From Octopus vulgaris (taxonomy: Eukaryota), in the NCBI GenBank assembly GCA_951406725.2, contig OX597824.1, positions 54,746,001-54,810,000 on the forward strand: a stretch of DNA of 64,000 nucleotides. Reading direction: 5' to 3'. The notes under the pieces were generated by a model. The model searched no databases, was not told the origin of the DNA, and worked only from the letters and a program-made list of their open reading frames with translations. This document shows positions 12,680-31,506 of the stretch, piece by piece. The position numbers and the translations under genes are program-made. How positions within the stretch are numbered: position 1 is the stretch's first letter; the number at the start of each line of letters is the position of its first letter.

Positions 12680-13660
12680 GTTTACTGCTCTATACTTTAA
12701 AGTGTGCTTCTTATTCGGATATATGATACATTGACAATCAGTATATATATTCATATATAATCCATACTCTACTATTGACCACGACTATAAAAATCTGCAA
12801 GATCTTAAGATTTAAAGGACGATAGTTAAAACAAGATGCTTGCCTTCACAACCAAGCAGGTAGTTGGTCAACATTTATTCGAAATTAAAAAGAGGAGAAA
12901 AACACACTTGCTTGCATGCAGGCATGAACACTGCAGCTGTATAATTTAGATCAATTTCAGAAAATAATGTTCAAGAAATGTCCAGCCAACACTAATACCA
13001 TGTGATTAAATTATTTGAAACAAACAAACAAGAACGAACATCATTAACAACACTGCCAACTACTTGACTAGCCTAAAATAGAGTAGTTTCTTGATACCTG
13101 TCACAAAAATCGTGTGTCACAGCAATATGACAATAGAATGATAGTAACATCGATCACCAAAGTAGTCTATCCTTGACTAACAATCACGATATTAGCTCTC
13201 ACTTTGAAGGATATGCTTTTGCAATAAACGAACAGGAAATAACAAAATACATGATGCACAAAAGGTACAGAGATGTAGATAAACCGCCTCGATAACAAGT
13301 GCATTGAGAATTTTACTCACATTATAAGTTACAGCCCCAAAATTTCCTCACCTACTTATGGAACATGATGTCATAGCTAGAACCATGTCGTTTCTAACAT
13401 GTGGAGCGTCCACATTTAAGTTACCCTCATTTCGTCTGCTGGTTGGAAAAGTATAAACGTATGCGTAAATGAACGGACGACTATAAAAACACCCGTAATG
13501 TTAGTATGGAGGCATAATGTGGGTAGGTATTCGAAAAGCTGGATGAGCAAGGGGAAGATTTAAAGAAATAGAATGTTGAAACAATTTCCCCCATAATCTT
13601 AATTTCCATGTTTTTCTACAGTGCTCTGCAAAAAGTTTTCGAAAAAGTGAAAAACAAAGA

Positions 13661-14134
13661 GGGGCTAATGCAGATTCGCACCTCCCCTTGAAAAATGCAT
13701 TTTTCTGAAAATGTTTATTCGGATTACTAGGTTTTTTACATGTCGGAGATGACGAATATGCTAAAAAAAAAAACAAATTTCCAAATTTTAACCCCCACCC
13801 CATCTTAAAACGTATTGTATATTGAAGTGTGGAAATTTCATTAAAGCAGGTATGTAAAGTGTACTTTCTATGTTCATTTGGCTAAAATGTAGAAATTGTT
13901 GTTTCGATATTGTTAAAATCCCCGTATTTTTCCATGTTACATACCTGCTTTAATGAAATTTCCACACTTTAATAAACAATGCATTTAAAAGTGAGTGGTG
14001 AGGTTAAAATGTTTGAAAAAAAAAATTTTTCTCCTTGCATATTCGTAATCTACAACATGTAAAACCTAGGAATTCGAACAAACTTTTTTTTAAAAATGCA
14101 TTTTCAAGAGGAGGTGCGAATCTGCATTAGCCCC
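13661..14134. mobile_element. Foldback/MITE with ~197 bp inverted arms (13661-13857, 13937-14134)
   Basis: GGGGCTAATGCAGATTCGCACCTCC versus GGAGGTGCGAATCTGCATTAGCCCC; inner ends GAAATTTCATTAAAGCAGGTATGTAA versus TTACATACCTGCTTTAATGAAATTTC. Confidence 0.85.
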
Positions 14135-14274
14135 CAAATACAATTGAGCTAAAATTTTGAAAAATTGTGGGCAATCTAATATTACTTTTTTTTTTTTTCT
14201 TTTTCATCTTCAGTGGGCCACTTCAACAAGATTGAGGACTACTTGAGGGGCGGTCGAAAGACCACATTAGCAAT

Positions 14275-14508
14275 TAATATTTGGAGCGGCAGAAACGTTA
14301 AGCACGCCGGACAAAATGTTTAGCAGTACTTCGTCTGTCTTTACGTTCTGAGATTCAAATTCCGCCGAGGTCGACTTTGCCTTTCATCCTTTCGGGGGTC
14401 GATAAATTCAGTACCTGTTGCGTACTGAAATCGATCTAATCGACTGACCCTCTCCCACAAAATTTCTGGCCTTGAGCCTAGAGTAGAAAATAATATTTGG
14501 ATCGGCAG
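14275..14508 (+). mobile_element. SINE with an 18-bp flanking direct repeat (likely TSD)
   Basis: TAATATTTGGA(G/T)CGGCAG on both sides; B-box-like GATTCAAATTCC; central GCCTTTCATCCTTTCGGGGGTCGATAAA. Confidence 0.7.
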
Positions 14509-14570
14509 TTATCGGCCTTCGCTAGTTATTGTTAATGCATTGTGGGAACCGGTGGTCGTTAGAGGTGTGT

Positions 14571-14578
14571 ACTTCCGG
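14571..14578 (+). promoter_or_regulatory. ETS-type motif (ACTTCCGG) in the putative Arp2 promoter/5' UTR
   Basis: Consensus ETS/GABP site ~65 bp upstream of the ATG, common at housekeeping promoters; single motif only. Confidence 0.45.
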
Positions 14579-14639
14579 CTACTTTTCTTCTTGATTTGTT
14601 AATATATTCTAATGGTTTTGCATCCCGAAGACATCTGAA

Positions 14640-14687
14640 ATGGACAACAAAGGACGCTCAGTGATAGTTTGTGATAATGGCACGGGG
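14640..14687 (+). CDS. ACTR2: Actin-related protein 2 (Arp2), coding exon 1
   Basis: MDNKGRSVIVCDNGTG matches the Arp2 N-terminus (human MDSQGRKVVVCDNGTG); perfect GTAAGT phase-0 donor at 14688. Confidence 0.9.
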
Positions 14688-16734
14688 GTAAGTTTATGTA
14701 ATTTTTCGATGACTATTTTCGAAATTGGTATTCTTCGATTGGTGAAATACTGTTGTCATCCCGGAAGATTGCGACGCGTAAAATGTCTCGTCATGACAGT
14801 CTGGGTGTTGGCTGTTACTTTATTTAACTTGAACCTTCCACTATATTAAAACTGAATTTCATATCAATAACTCTGCATTCAGAGAGTTTTAAAGGATGTT
14901 TTTTAAAATGCATTTAGATACTTTAAATCCATTTCATCTTTTGCCTTTAGCAGGTTATGTCGTTTACGGATGTTGTGATTGTTCAGCTGGAAAACGACAG
15001 CTTTCTAAATAGTCCGCTTTTTCATGTTATATTATTCTTTAAAGGAGTAATAGAAATATTCTTTTGCGGGAAATCGTTTTGAATCGTAAATCATTTAACA
15101 ATTTTTAAATTTAATTGCACCACGTTCTCTTAGACATACAGCATTTAAACCAGTAAAAAGTTATTTTCATAAGTAGCAAAATCCCAGAAATGACCTGTTT
15201 TACTGTCATGCATTTTCTACTTCAATGATGTACAAATCTGTGCGTTTTTTTTAATTTTTTTTATTTCATTCACCAACTTCGCCAAAAATCAAAATTGTAT
15301 CATTTGTATGGAAACAAAACTTAACAAACTGAATGCTTCATTGTCTTTTCGTGTTCAAGAGTGAGGTACTTTTAGGGGAGTGTTCATTCTAACAGATTTA
15401 GAGATGTTTAGGCGATCGCCAATGTTTATCTTGCACTAAAAATATTAATATTATCACAGTCTTTTATAATTTTCGTTATTAGAAATAGGTAAACTATTCA
15501 TCTCTGAGAGTTATCTTTAATTAAATTTAACAATTTTATTGTTTGTAACTCTAAAGTAATGTCAGATACCAAAACACTAGTACATTCCAAACGTTTTCTT
15601 TTTTTTTTTTTTCAAATGTTTTCGAAACAATGAAAACGTAAAATTTTATTTTATGAGATAAGTTTAATAAATATCTGCAAATTTTACTTATTCAAGTGAG
15701 ATGCCCTTCCCAATCCTAACAGGATACAAATTGATAACAAAACAATACGGCGCTTTTTTAACACCCCTCCTCCCACACACAAAGAGAGAGATGTAGAAAT
15801 GCAGATAAATGCGATTACTCTTGTCACATATATATACACATTGATACATATATTTACATTTATTCAGAAAGAAAAACATACAGGATAGAGAGCAGAATGA
15901 TTAAGATTTACTACATTTTTAACTTTTGAGAAAATATATATTTACACAAATGTTCTTACAAAAACAATATCGGCTAAACAAAGGACGTTCTCTAAATGCA
16001 TTAAAATCACTATAACTTATTCAGAACGCTATTTCAGAAAATTTTCAGTTATATGCATGCATATAAAAGATAAATTTAGCTGGGGAAAAACGGGTAAGCC
16101 GAGATACGGTAAATTTGCCACTTCAATTCTCCAGAATTACATTTGACTTATACTCAACATCCATCCTTAGACATCTGAAAGATCAGCAATGAAACAAAAA
16201 TTTTCAATATCTAGGCCAAATGAAAGAGATTCGTGGAAAAATGACACATGATATGAAATGAACAAAACTCGACCAAATCTAGAAACTCAACATAAAATAT
16301 TCTCTATTCCTTCTTCAGGATCTGCTGGAGTGGCTATTTATGCACTATGCACTATGCAGTTAAAATGAAAAAAATTGTTCGTCATTACTCATTTTGCCCC
16401 AGTTTTTAAAAAAATTGTATGCTTTTGAAAATTATCAAATTACACATTAGTGTGGGGGAAAATTTATATGAAATCCAAAATAGAAAAGGATATTGATTGT
16501 CAAACACCAAAAATTATCAACATCTTTTTTTAGCAACCTCAATTATGATCAGGTCAATGTTGTGGAAAAATTTGTCACTGTTTCGAACTCTTTCAGTTTC
16601 AACAACTCTGCTGACCAATTTTTACTCCCAAACATGATGCAGTGGTATAAAATGACAGTACAATACTTCCAATGTAACGAAAATAGTAAAAAATCAGAAA
16701 TTATTCATTCTACTCCACCCACTATATTGTTCAT

Positions 16735-16920
16735 TTTGTGTTTTAGTCATTAGACTGAAGCCATGCTGGAGCACCACCACCTTAAAGTTAGTGCAACAAA
16801 TCAACCCCAGTAGGTTTTTTTTTAACACTTGGTACTTATTCTACCACTCTTTTTGCCAAGCTGCTAAGTTACAGGGATGTAAACACATCATCAGCAATTG
16901 TCAAGCGATGGTAAGGGACA
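16735..16920 (-). mobile_element. SINE 3' half (same family as 9700-10062)
   Basis: Shared GCCATGCTGGAG...CTAAGTTACAGGGA...GTCAAGCGATGG. Confidence 0.7.
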
Positions 16921-17165
16921 AACTATGTTCATCATACTCCTCCAGGCAATGACTGAGAAATTTATGACAGGCTACTCTTGGCACCTCATCTATGCTGGTA
17001 ACCTTGTCCTTAAAGCCGAATAATTTCTAGAACTACAAAAGTATCTAGCTGTAGAAACTATGCCAAATCAGACTTGAACCTGATGCACACCTCTGGCTAA
17101 ACAGTTCCAGTCAAACCGTTGAAGCCATGCTAGCAGGAAAGCAGATGATCAATGATGATGAAGAT
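16921..17165 (+). mobile_element. RTE fragments (RT piece and 3' tail)
   Basis: LFIILLQAMTEKFMTG matches LFIIVLQAITEEFKTG; tail CCATGCTAGCAGGAAAGCAGATGA...GATGATG. Confidence 0.6.
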
Positions 17166-17253
17166 ATATATATGGTGCATCAGCATGGCCCCAGCTCTGA
17201 GCTGAAACTAGAGAAAAAGAAGAAAAAAAAAATATAATATCTATATATAATAC

Positions 17254-17545
17254 AGGTGCAGGAGTGGCTGCATGGTAAGCTTGCTTCTCAACAACATGGT
17301 TCCAGGTTCAATCCCACTGTGTCACCTTGGGCAACTGTCTTCTACTATATCCTCAGGCCAACCAAAGCCTTGTGAGTGAATTTGGTAGAAGGAAATTAAA
17401 AGAAGCCCGTCATATGTATATTTATGTGTGTGTGTGTATGTGTTTGTCACCCCATCATTGCATCACAACCAATGTTGGTATGTTTACATCCCTGTAACTT
17501 AGTGGATCAGCAAAACAGATCGATAGATGGCCAACAAATAAATTA
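17254..17545 (+). mobile_element. tRNA-derived CORE-like SINE
   Basis: GGAGTGGCTGCATGGTAAG...GGTTCAATCCC...ACCTTGGGCAA; same family as 9700-10062. Confidence 0.75.
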
Positions 17546-17565
17546 ATACGATATGTACACACATA

Positions 17566-18105
17566 CAGGCGTTGGACAAAATAAAGGAAACACCTTAAAA
17601 TTTCAAACAAATTAATTTTAATATGGGGTAGGATCACTTTGGCTTGAATTCTATAAGGTATGGACTCGTACAAAGTTTGAATTGTTTCCAAAGGAATTTT
17701 TGTTCATTCTTCAGCTAAAACAGTCTCCAGTTCTTGTAATGATGATGATGAAGGATATCAACTCCTACCTTGTTTTTCTAAAATGCACCATGAATATTCC
17801 ATAATAATGAGATCTAGGGACTGTGGTAGCCAGATAAGATATTCAACTTCACTGGAATGTTCCTCGTGCCATTCAGTAACAATTTAGCTGTGTGAATTAG
17901 TGCATTAGCAACCGGAAAGATTGCATTTCCCTCTGGAAACAGTTTCGCAACCATAGGATGAATTCGATAAGATAAAGTACTTCAATAGTCTTGAATATTA
18001 ATTCTGCCATAAAGAGAAACCATTGGGCTGGCGGATTTCCAGATATAGCACCCCAAATCATCGCAGGTCCTCCTCCATGTTTAATACAATCAAGGCAATC
18101 TTTTC
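17566..18105 (-). mobile_element. Tc1-family transposon right half (DDE C-terminus plus TIR)
   Basis: [15 protein letters not shown] and WLPQSLDLIIME (WPPQSPDLNxIE-like); TA-CAGGCGTTGGACAAAATAAAGGAAACAC terminus. Confidence 0.8.
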
Positions 18106-18106
18106 G

Positions 18107-18690
18107 GTATATATATATATATATATATGCATACATATATATATGTATGCATATATATATGTATGCATGTATATATGTATGCATGTATATATGTATGCAT
18201 GTATATATGTATGCATGTATATATGTATGCATATATATATATATATATGTATGCATATATATATGTATATATATATGTATGCATGTATATATGTATGCAT
18301 ATATATATATATATATGTATGCATATATATATATGTATGCATATATATATGTATGCATATATATATGTATGCATATATATATGTATGCATATATATATGT
18401 ATGCATATATATATGTATGCATATATATATGTATACATATATATATGTATGCTTATATATATGTATGCATGTATATATATGTATATATCTATATGTATGT
18501 ATACACAGATATGCACACACATACATAGAAAATACACAAAACGGACAGGCAAGCACATATATATGCAGGATACATACATACAAATGCACACACATACATA
18601 TGCATACACACGCATATATACATACGTACACATGCAAACACACACAAATACATACATACATGTATGCATGTAAAGGCACACACACTGACC
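18107..18690. repeat. (TA)n/(TATGCA) and (CA)-rich microsatellite
   Basis: Direct reading. Confidence 0.95.
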
Positions 18691-18865
18691 CACACACATG
18701 CGCACAAACAAGCAGAAGGGAACGCAGTGTAAATAACAGACAACGTCAAGACTATTGAAAAGGTTGCAAGACGCAACGAAAATTTTAGGAAGTGAAAATA
18801 ACAAATAAGTTGAAATTTTACCTACTAAAAGAGAATGACTCTCCCCAGATACAACAGAATATGTA

Positions 18866-18899
<34 letters not shown>

Positions 18900-19066
18900 A
18901 TGTATATATATATATGTGTGTGTATGTATGTATATATGTATGTGTGTGTGTGTGTATGTATATATGTATGTATGTATGTGTATATATATCTATATGTATG
19001 TATGTGTATATATATGTATGTATGTGTATATATATATGTATATATATGTATGTATGTGTATATATA

Positions 19067-19610
19067 TCATCATCATCATTTAACGTCCGCTTTCCATGCT
19101 AGCATGGGTTGGACAGTTCAACTGGGGTCTGGGGAGCCCGAAAGCTGCACCAGTCCAGTCAGATCTGGCAGTGTTTCTACAGCTGGATGCCCTTCCTAAC
19201 GCCAACCACTCCGAGAGTGTAGTGGGTGATTTTATGTGCCACCGACACAGGTGCCAGACGAGGCTGGCAAACGGCCACGCTCGGATGGTGTTTTTTATGT
19301 GCCACCGACACAGGTGCCAGATGAGGCTGGCAGACGGCCACGCTCGGATGGTGTTTTTATGTGCCACCGACACAGGTGCCAGATGAGGCTGGCAAACGGC
19401 CACGATCGGATGGTGTTCGTTACGTGCCCACAGCATGGAGGCCAGTCGATGCGGTACTGGCTACGGCCACGTTCGGATGGTTTTCTTGTGTGCCACGTGC
19501 CACCGGCACTGGTACCACAAAGATACAAATTCCATTGATGTTCATCTATTTTGATTTGTTTTGATTTTCACTTGCCTCAACAGGTCTTCACAAGTGTCAC
19601 AAGAAGGACT
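19067..19610 (-). mobile_element. RTE 3'-UTR-only copy with (GAT)n tail
   Basis: Same 3' end as 19908-20780; flanked by TA arrays. Confidence 0.8.
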
Positions 19611-19907
19611 ATTTTTTTGATTATATGTATATATATGTATATGTATGTGTATATATATATATGTATGTGTATATGTATGTATATATATATGTGTATATGT
19701 ATGTGTATATGTATGTATATATATATGTGTATATGTATGTGTATATGTATGTATATATATATGTGTATATGTATGTGTATATGTATGTGTATATATGTAT
19801 ATGTATGTGTATATATGTATGTTTATATATATATATGTATGTGTATATATATATATATGTATGTGTATATATATATATATACATATATATTATATATATA
19901 TGTATAT

Positions 19908-22900
19908 ATCATCATCATCATCATCATCGTTTAGCGTCCGCTTTCCATGCTAGCATGGGTTGGACGGGTCAACTGGGGTCTGTGAAGCTGGAAGGCTTCG
20001 TCAGGCCCAGTCAGATCTGGCAGTGTTTCTACGGCTGGATGCCCTTCCTAACGCCAACCACTCCGCGAGTGTAGTGGGTGTTTTTTACGTGACACCTGCA
20101 CAGGTGCCAGACAGAGCTGGCGAACGGCCACGAACGGATGGTGCTTTTATGTGTCACCGGCACGGGGCCAGGCGATGCTGGCAACGGACACGAACGGATG
20201 GTGCTTTTACGTGCCACCGACACGGGGCCAGACAGAGCTGGCAAACGGCCATGAACGGATGGTGCTTTTACGTGTCACCAGCACGGGGGCCAGCCGAGGC
20301 TGGTAACGGACGCGAACGGATGGTGCTTTTACGTGCCACCGACACGGTTGCCAGACAGAGCTGGCAAACGGCCATGAGCGGATGGTGCTTTTATGTGTCA
20401 CTGGCACGGGGGCCAGCCGAGGCTGGCAACGGACACGAACGGATGGTGCTTTTACGTGCCACCGACACGGGGCCAGACAGAGCTGGCAAACGGCCACGAA
20501 CGGATGGTGCTTTTACGTGCCACCGACACGGGGCCAGACAGAGCTGGCAAACGGCCACGAACGGACGGTGCTTTTACCTGTCACCGGCACGGGGCCAGGC
20601 GAGGCTGGCAACGAACACGAACGGATGGTGCTTTTACGTGCCACCGACACTGGGCCAGGCAGAGCTGGCAAACGGCCACGAGCGAATGGTGCTTTTACGT
20701 ATCACCGGCACGGGTGCCAGACGAGGCTGACAGCGGACACGAACGGATGCGTCACTTAACCCCTGCTTTCTGATATATGATTTGATTTTGATTGTTCTCA
20801 CTGGTCTTGCCGGGTCTTCTCACGCACAGCATACTTCCATAGGTCTCGGTCTCTGGTCATTTCCTTGGTGAGACCTAGAGTTCGAAGGTCGTGCTTCACC
20901 ACCTCGACCCAGGTTTTCCTGGGTCTACCTCTTCCACAGGTCCCCTCAACCACTAGGGTGTGGCACTTTTTCACACACCTATCTTCATCCATTCTCACCA
21001 CATGACCATACCAGCGCAATCGTCTCTCTTGCACACAACATCTGATTCCTCTTAGGTCCAACTTTTCTCTCAAGGTACTTACACTCTGTCGACTATGAAC
21101 ACTGACATTACACATCCAACGGAGCATACTAGCTTCATTTCTCGCGAGCTTACGCATGTCCTCAGCAGTCACGGCCCATGTTTCACTGCCATGTAGCATG
21201 GCTGTTCGTACACATGCATCATACAGTCTGCCTTTTACTCTGAGCGAGAGGCCTTTAGTCACCAACAGGGTTAAGAGCTCCCTAAACTTTGCCCAGGCTA
21301 TTCTTACTCTAGCCGTTACACTTTCAGCACACCCACCCCCACTACTGACTTGGTCACCAAGATAACGGAAGCTATCAACTACTTCTAGTTTTTCCCCTGG
21401 AAAGTGACGGAAGTTGTTTTCTGCAGATTTTCAGAGGTTAATGCTCCCGAGCATCTGCCACATACAAAAACCATCTTCCTAGTTAGCCTTCCTATGACAT
21501 TGCTGCACCTCTTATGTGTCCATAGCTTACACTTGGTGCATCTTATAGAGTTTCTACCTACACCTTTTCTACAGATCGAGCAGGGCCATCTACCTGAAGG
21601 CGTTTGTGATTTGTCTACCTTCCTACTTATTAGGACTTTGGTTTTAGCTAGGTTGACTCTAAGGCCCTTTGATTCTAGACCATGCTTCCACACCTGAAAC
21701 TTCTCCAGTTCTGATAATGACTCAGCAATTAGAGCAAGGTCATCAGCATAGAGGAGCTCCCAGGGGCATCCTGTCTTGAATTCCTCCGTTATTGCCTGGA
21801 GGACTATGATAAATAGGAGGGGGCTGAGGACTGAGCCTTGGTGGACCCCTACCTCTACCCGGAATTCTTCACTGTACTCATTTCCAACCCTCACCTTACT
21901 AGCAGCGTCCCTGTACATGGCTTGCACAGCTCTCACTAACCATTCATCTATTCCTAGTTTCCTCATTGACCACCATATGAGGGATCGGGGGACCCTGTCG
22001 AAGGCTTTCTCCATGTCAACAAAAGCCAGGTACAGGGGCTTATCTTTGGCTAGGTATTTCTCCTGCAGCTGCCTTACCAGGAATATAGCATCAGTGGTAC
22101 TTTTCCCTGGCACGAAACCAAACTGCATCTCATCTAAACTAACTCTCTCTCTCTAATTAGTTGGCTTATGACCCTCTCTGTAACCTTCATCACCTGATCC
22201 AACAGCTTGATACCTTTGTAATTATTTGTATCTAGGGCATCACCTTTACCTTTGTAGCAGTTGACTATTATGCTGCTACACCAGTCATTGGGTATGACTC
22301 CTTCATGTATCACCTGATTAACTATACAGGTGACTAGGCTATAGCCGACACTACCAGATATTTTGAGCATCTCTGCAGTGATACCTGATGGGCCTGGGGC
22401 TTTCCCTGTCTTCATGCTTCTAATTGCCTTAGCTACTAAGGAACTATCAACCCTGATAGCTGGTCCCTCTGTTGGGTCAACGTTCGGCAGTCTCTCTTTA
22501 TCCCATTCATTTTCTTTATTCAGCAACCTTTCATAGTGGCGTCTCCAAGCCTCTCTCTTTGCATCCTCGTTTAGCGCAAGTGAACCATCTTCCATGCGAA
22601 CACACTTCTCTCCCACCACATCACAATTCTCTCTCACACACTGTCTTGCAACGCGAAACACCTCCAGTCTTTGGTCCTCACGGCGCAGAACATTGGAAAA
22701 TTTTTTCTTATCTGCTTCCCCTCTGGCTAGATAGACCTGTCTCCTAGCTTCCCTTTTAGCAGTCTGATACAATTCCCTGCTACCACCATTCTTCCAGTGC
22801 TTCCAAGTCTGTCTCTTTTCTCTAATAGCCCTGTCTACGACACTGTTCCACCACCACGTTACCTTGGGACGAGAGGGGCTTTGCACCAGCCACAGATCTG

Positions 22901-23277
22901 GTCAGTGGCTCTCAGCAGGTTGTCCCTTAGAAACGTCCAGTTGTCCTCTACCCCATGTGATACTCTATCCCCTTCTACTTCGTCAAAGGCTTCAAGTAAC
23001 ATGTCTCTAAATCTCTGTCCATTCACAGGATCCTTAAGCTTCCAGATCCTTCTTCTCCATGTTGGTCGTCTTCTGGTTGTCCTCCTACTCCTGATCCTAA
23101 AGTCACTAACTACCAGTCTATGTTGTGGGGTGCATTCTTCGCCTGGGAAGGTTTTGGCATTTATAAGTAGCCATCTCTCCCTTTGCCTGGCAAGGATGTA
23201 GTCAATTTGTCTGGTATGTTGGCCCGATCGGCAGGTGACTAGGTGGCTGGTAGGTTTCCTGAAGTTAGTGTTGCAAA
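19908..23277 (-). mobile_element. 5'-truncated RTE-clade LINE (EN C-terminus, RT, PHD-like finger, tandem-repeat 3' UTR, (GAT)n tail); frameshifted
   Basis: QIDYIL, GKAPGPSGI, QFGFVPGKSTTDAIF, GVHQGSVLSPLLF, LLYADDL, RRLRWYGHVVRM, GRGRPRKTW in ORFs 22134-22886, 21385-22128 and 20798-21265. Confidence 0.93.
20090..20750. repeat. ~58-60 bp minisatellite (about 11 units, two alternating subtypes) in the RTE 3' UTR
   Basis: Recurrent GAACGGATGGTGCTTTTACGTG(C/T)CACC core. Confidence 0.9.
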
Positions 23278-23407
23278 TATGTAATATATATATGTATATA
23301 TATATATATATAATATATATGTATATAATATATATGTATATTTTTGATTTTTTTGATTTTTCCAGTTTCAGCTAATGAGCTGTGGCCATGCTGCGGCACA
23401 TATATAT

Positions 23408-23830
23408 ATCATCATCATCATCGTTTAGCGTCCGTTTTCCATGCTAGCATGGGTTGGACGGTTCTACTGGGGTCTGTGAAGCCAGTAGGCTTCATCAGGC
23501 CCAGTCAAATCTGGCAGTGTTTCTACGGCTGGATGCCCTTCCTAACGCCAACCAATCCGAGAGTGTAGTGGGTGCTTTTTACGTACCACCCGCACAAGTG
23601 CCAGACAGAGCTGGCAAACGGCCACGAACGGATGGTGCTTTTTATGTGCCACCGGCACGAGGGCCAGGCGAAGCTGGCAACGGACACGAAACGGGGCGGT
23701 GCTGGCAACGGTCGCGAAACGGAAGGTTCTCTTACATGCTACCGGCACTGGTAACACATCTGCAATTTCCATTGATCGATTTCGATTCTGATCCTCACTT
23801 GCCTCAACGGGTCTTCACAAGTAGAGTTTC
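23408..23830 (-). mobile_element. RTE 3'-UTR-only copy
   Basis: (CAT)n-CGTTTAGCGTCCGTTTTCCATGCTAGCATGGG shared terminus. Confidence 0.8.
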
Positions 23831-23832
23831 GA

Positions 23833-25692
<1,860 letters not shown>

Positions 25693-25693
25693 G

Positions 25694-26603
<910 letters not shown>

Positions 26604-26604
26604 T

Positions 26605-31503
<4,899 letters not shown>

Positions 31504-31506
<3 letters not shown>

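Noticed and set aside
13311-13500. Possible first exon of a divergent gene (minus-strand GTGAGT donor at 13320)
   Set aside because: No open frame from nearby ATGs to the donor and no homology; a non-coding exon cannot be supported without transcripts
14688-14849. Remainder of the 69-aa ORF after DNGTG
   Set aside because: Read-through into the intron past the GTAAGT donor; Arp2 similarity stops there
20090-20750. CRISPR-like regularly spaced repeats
   Set aside because: Intervening sequences are themselves repeated, no cas genes, eukaryotic context; an RTE UTR minisatellite
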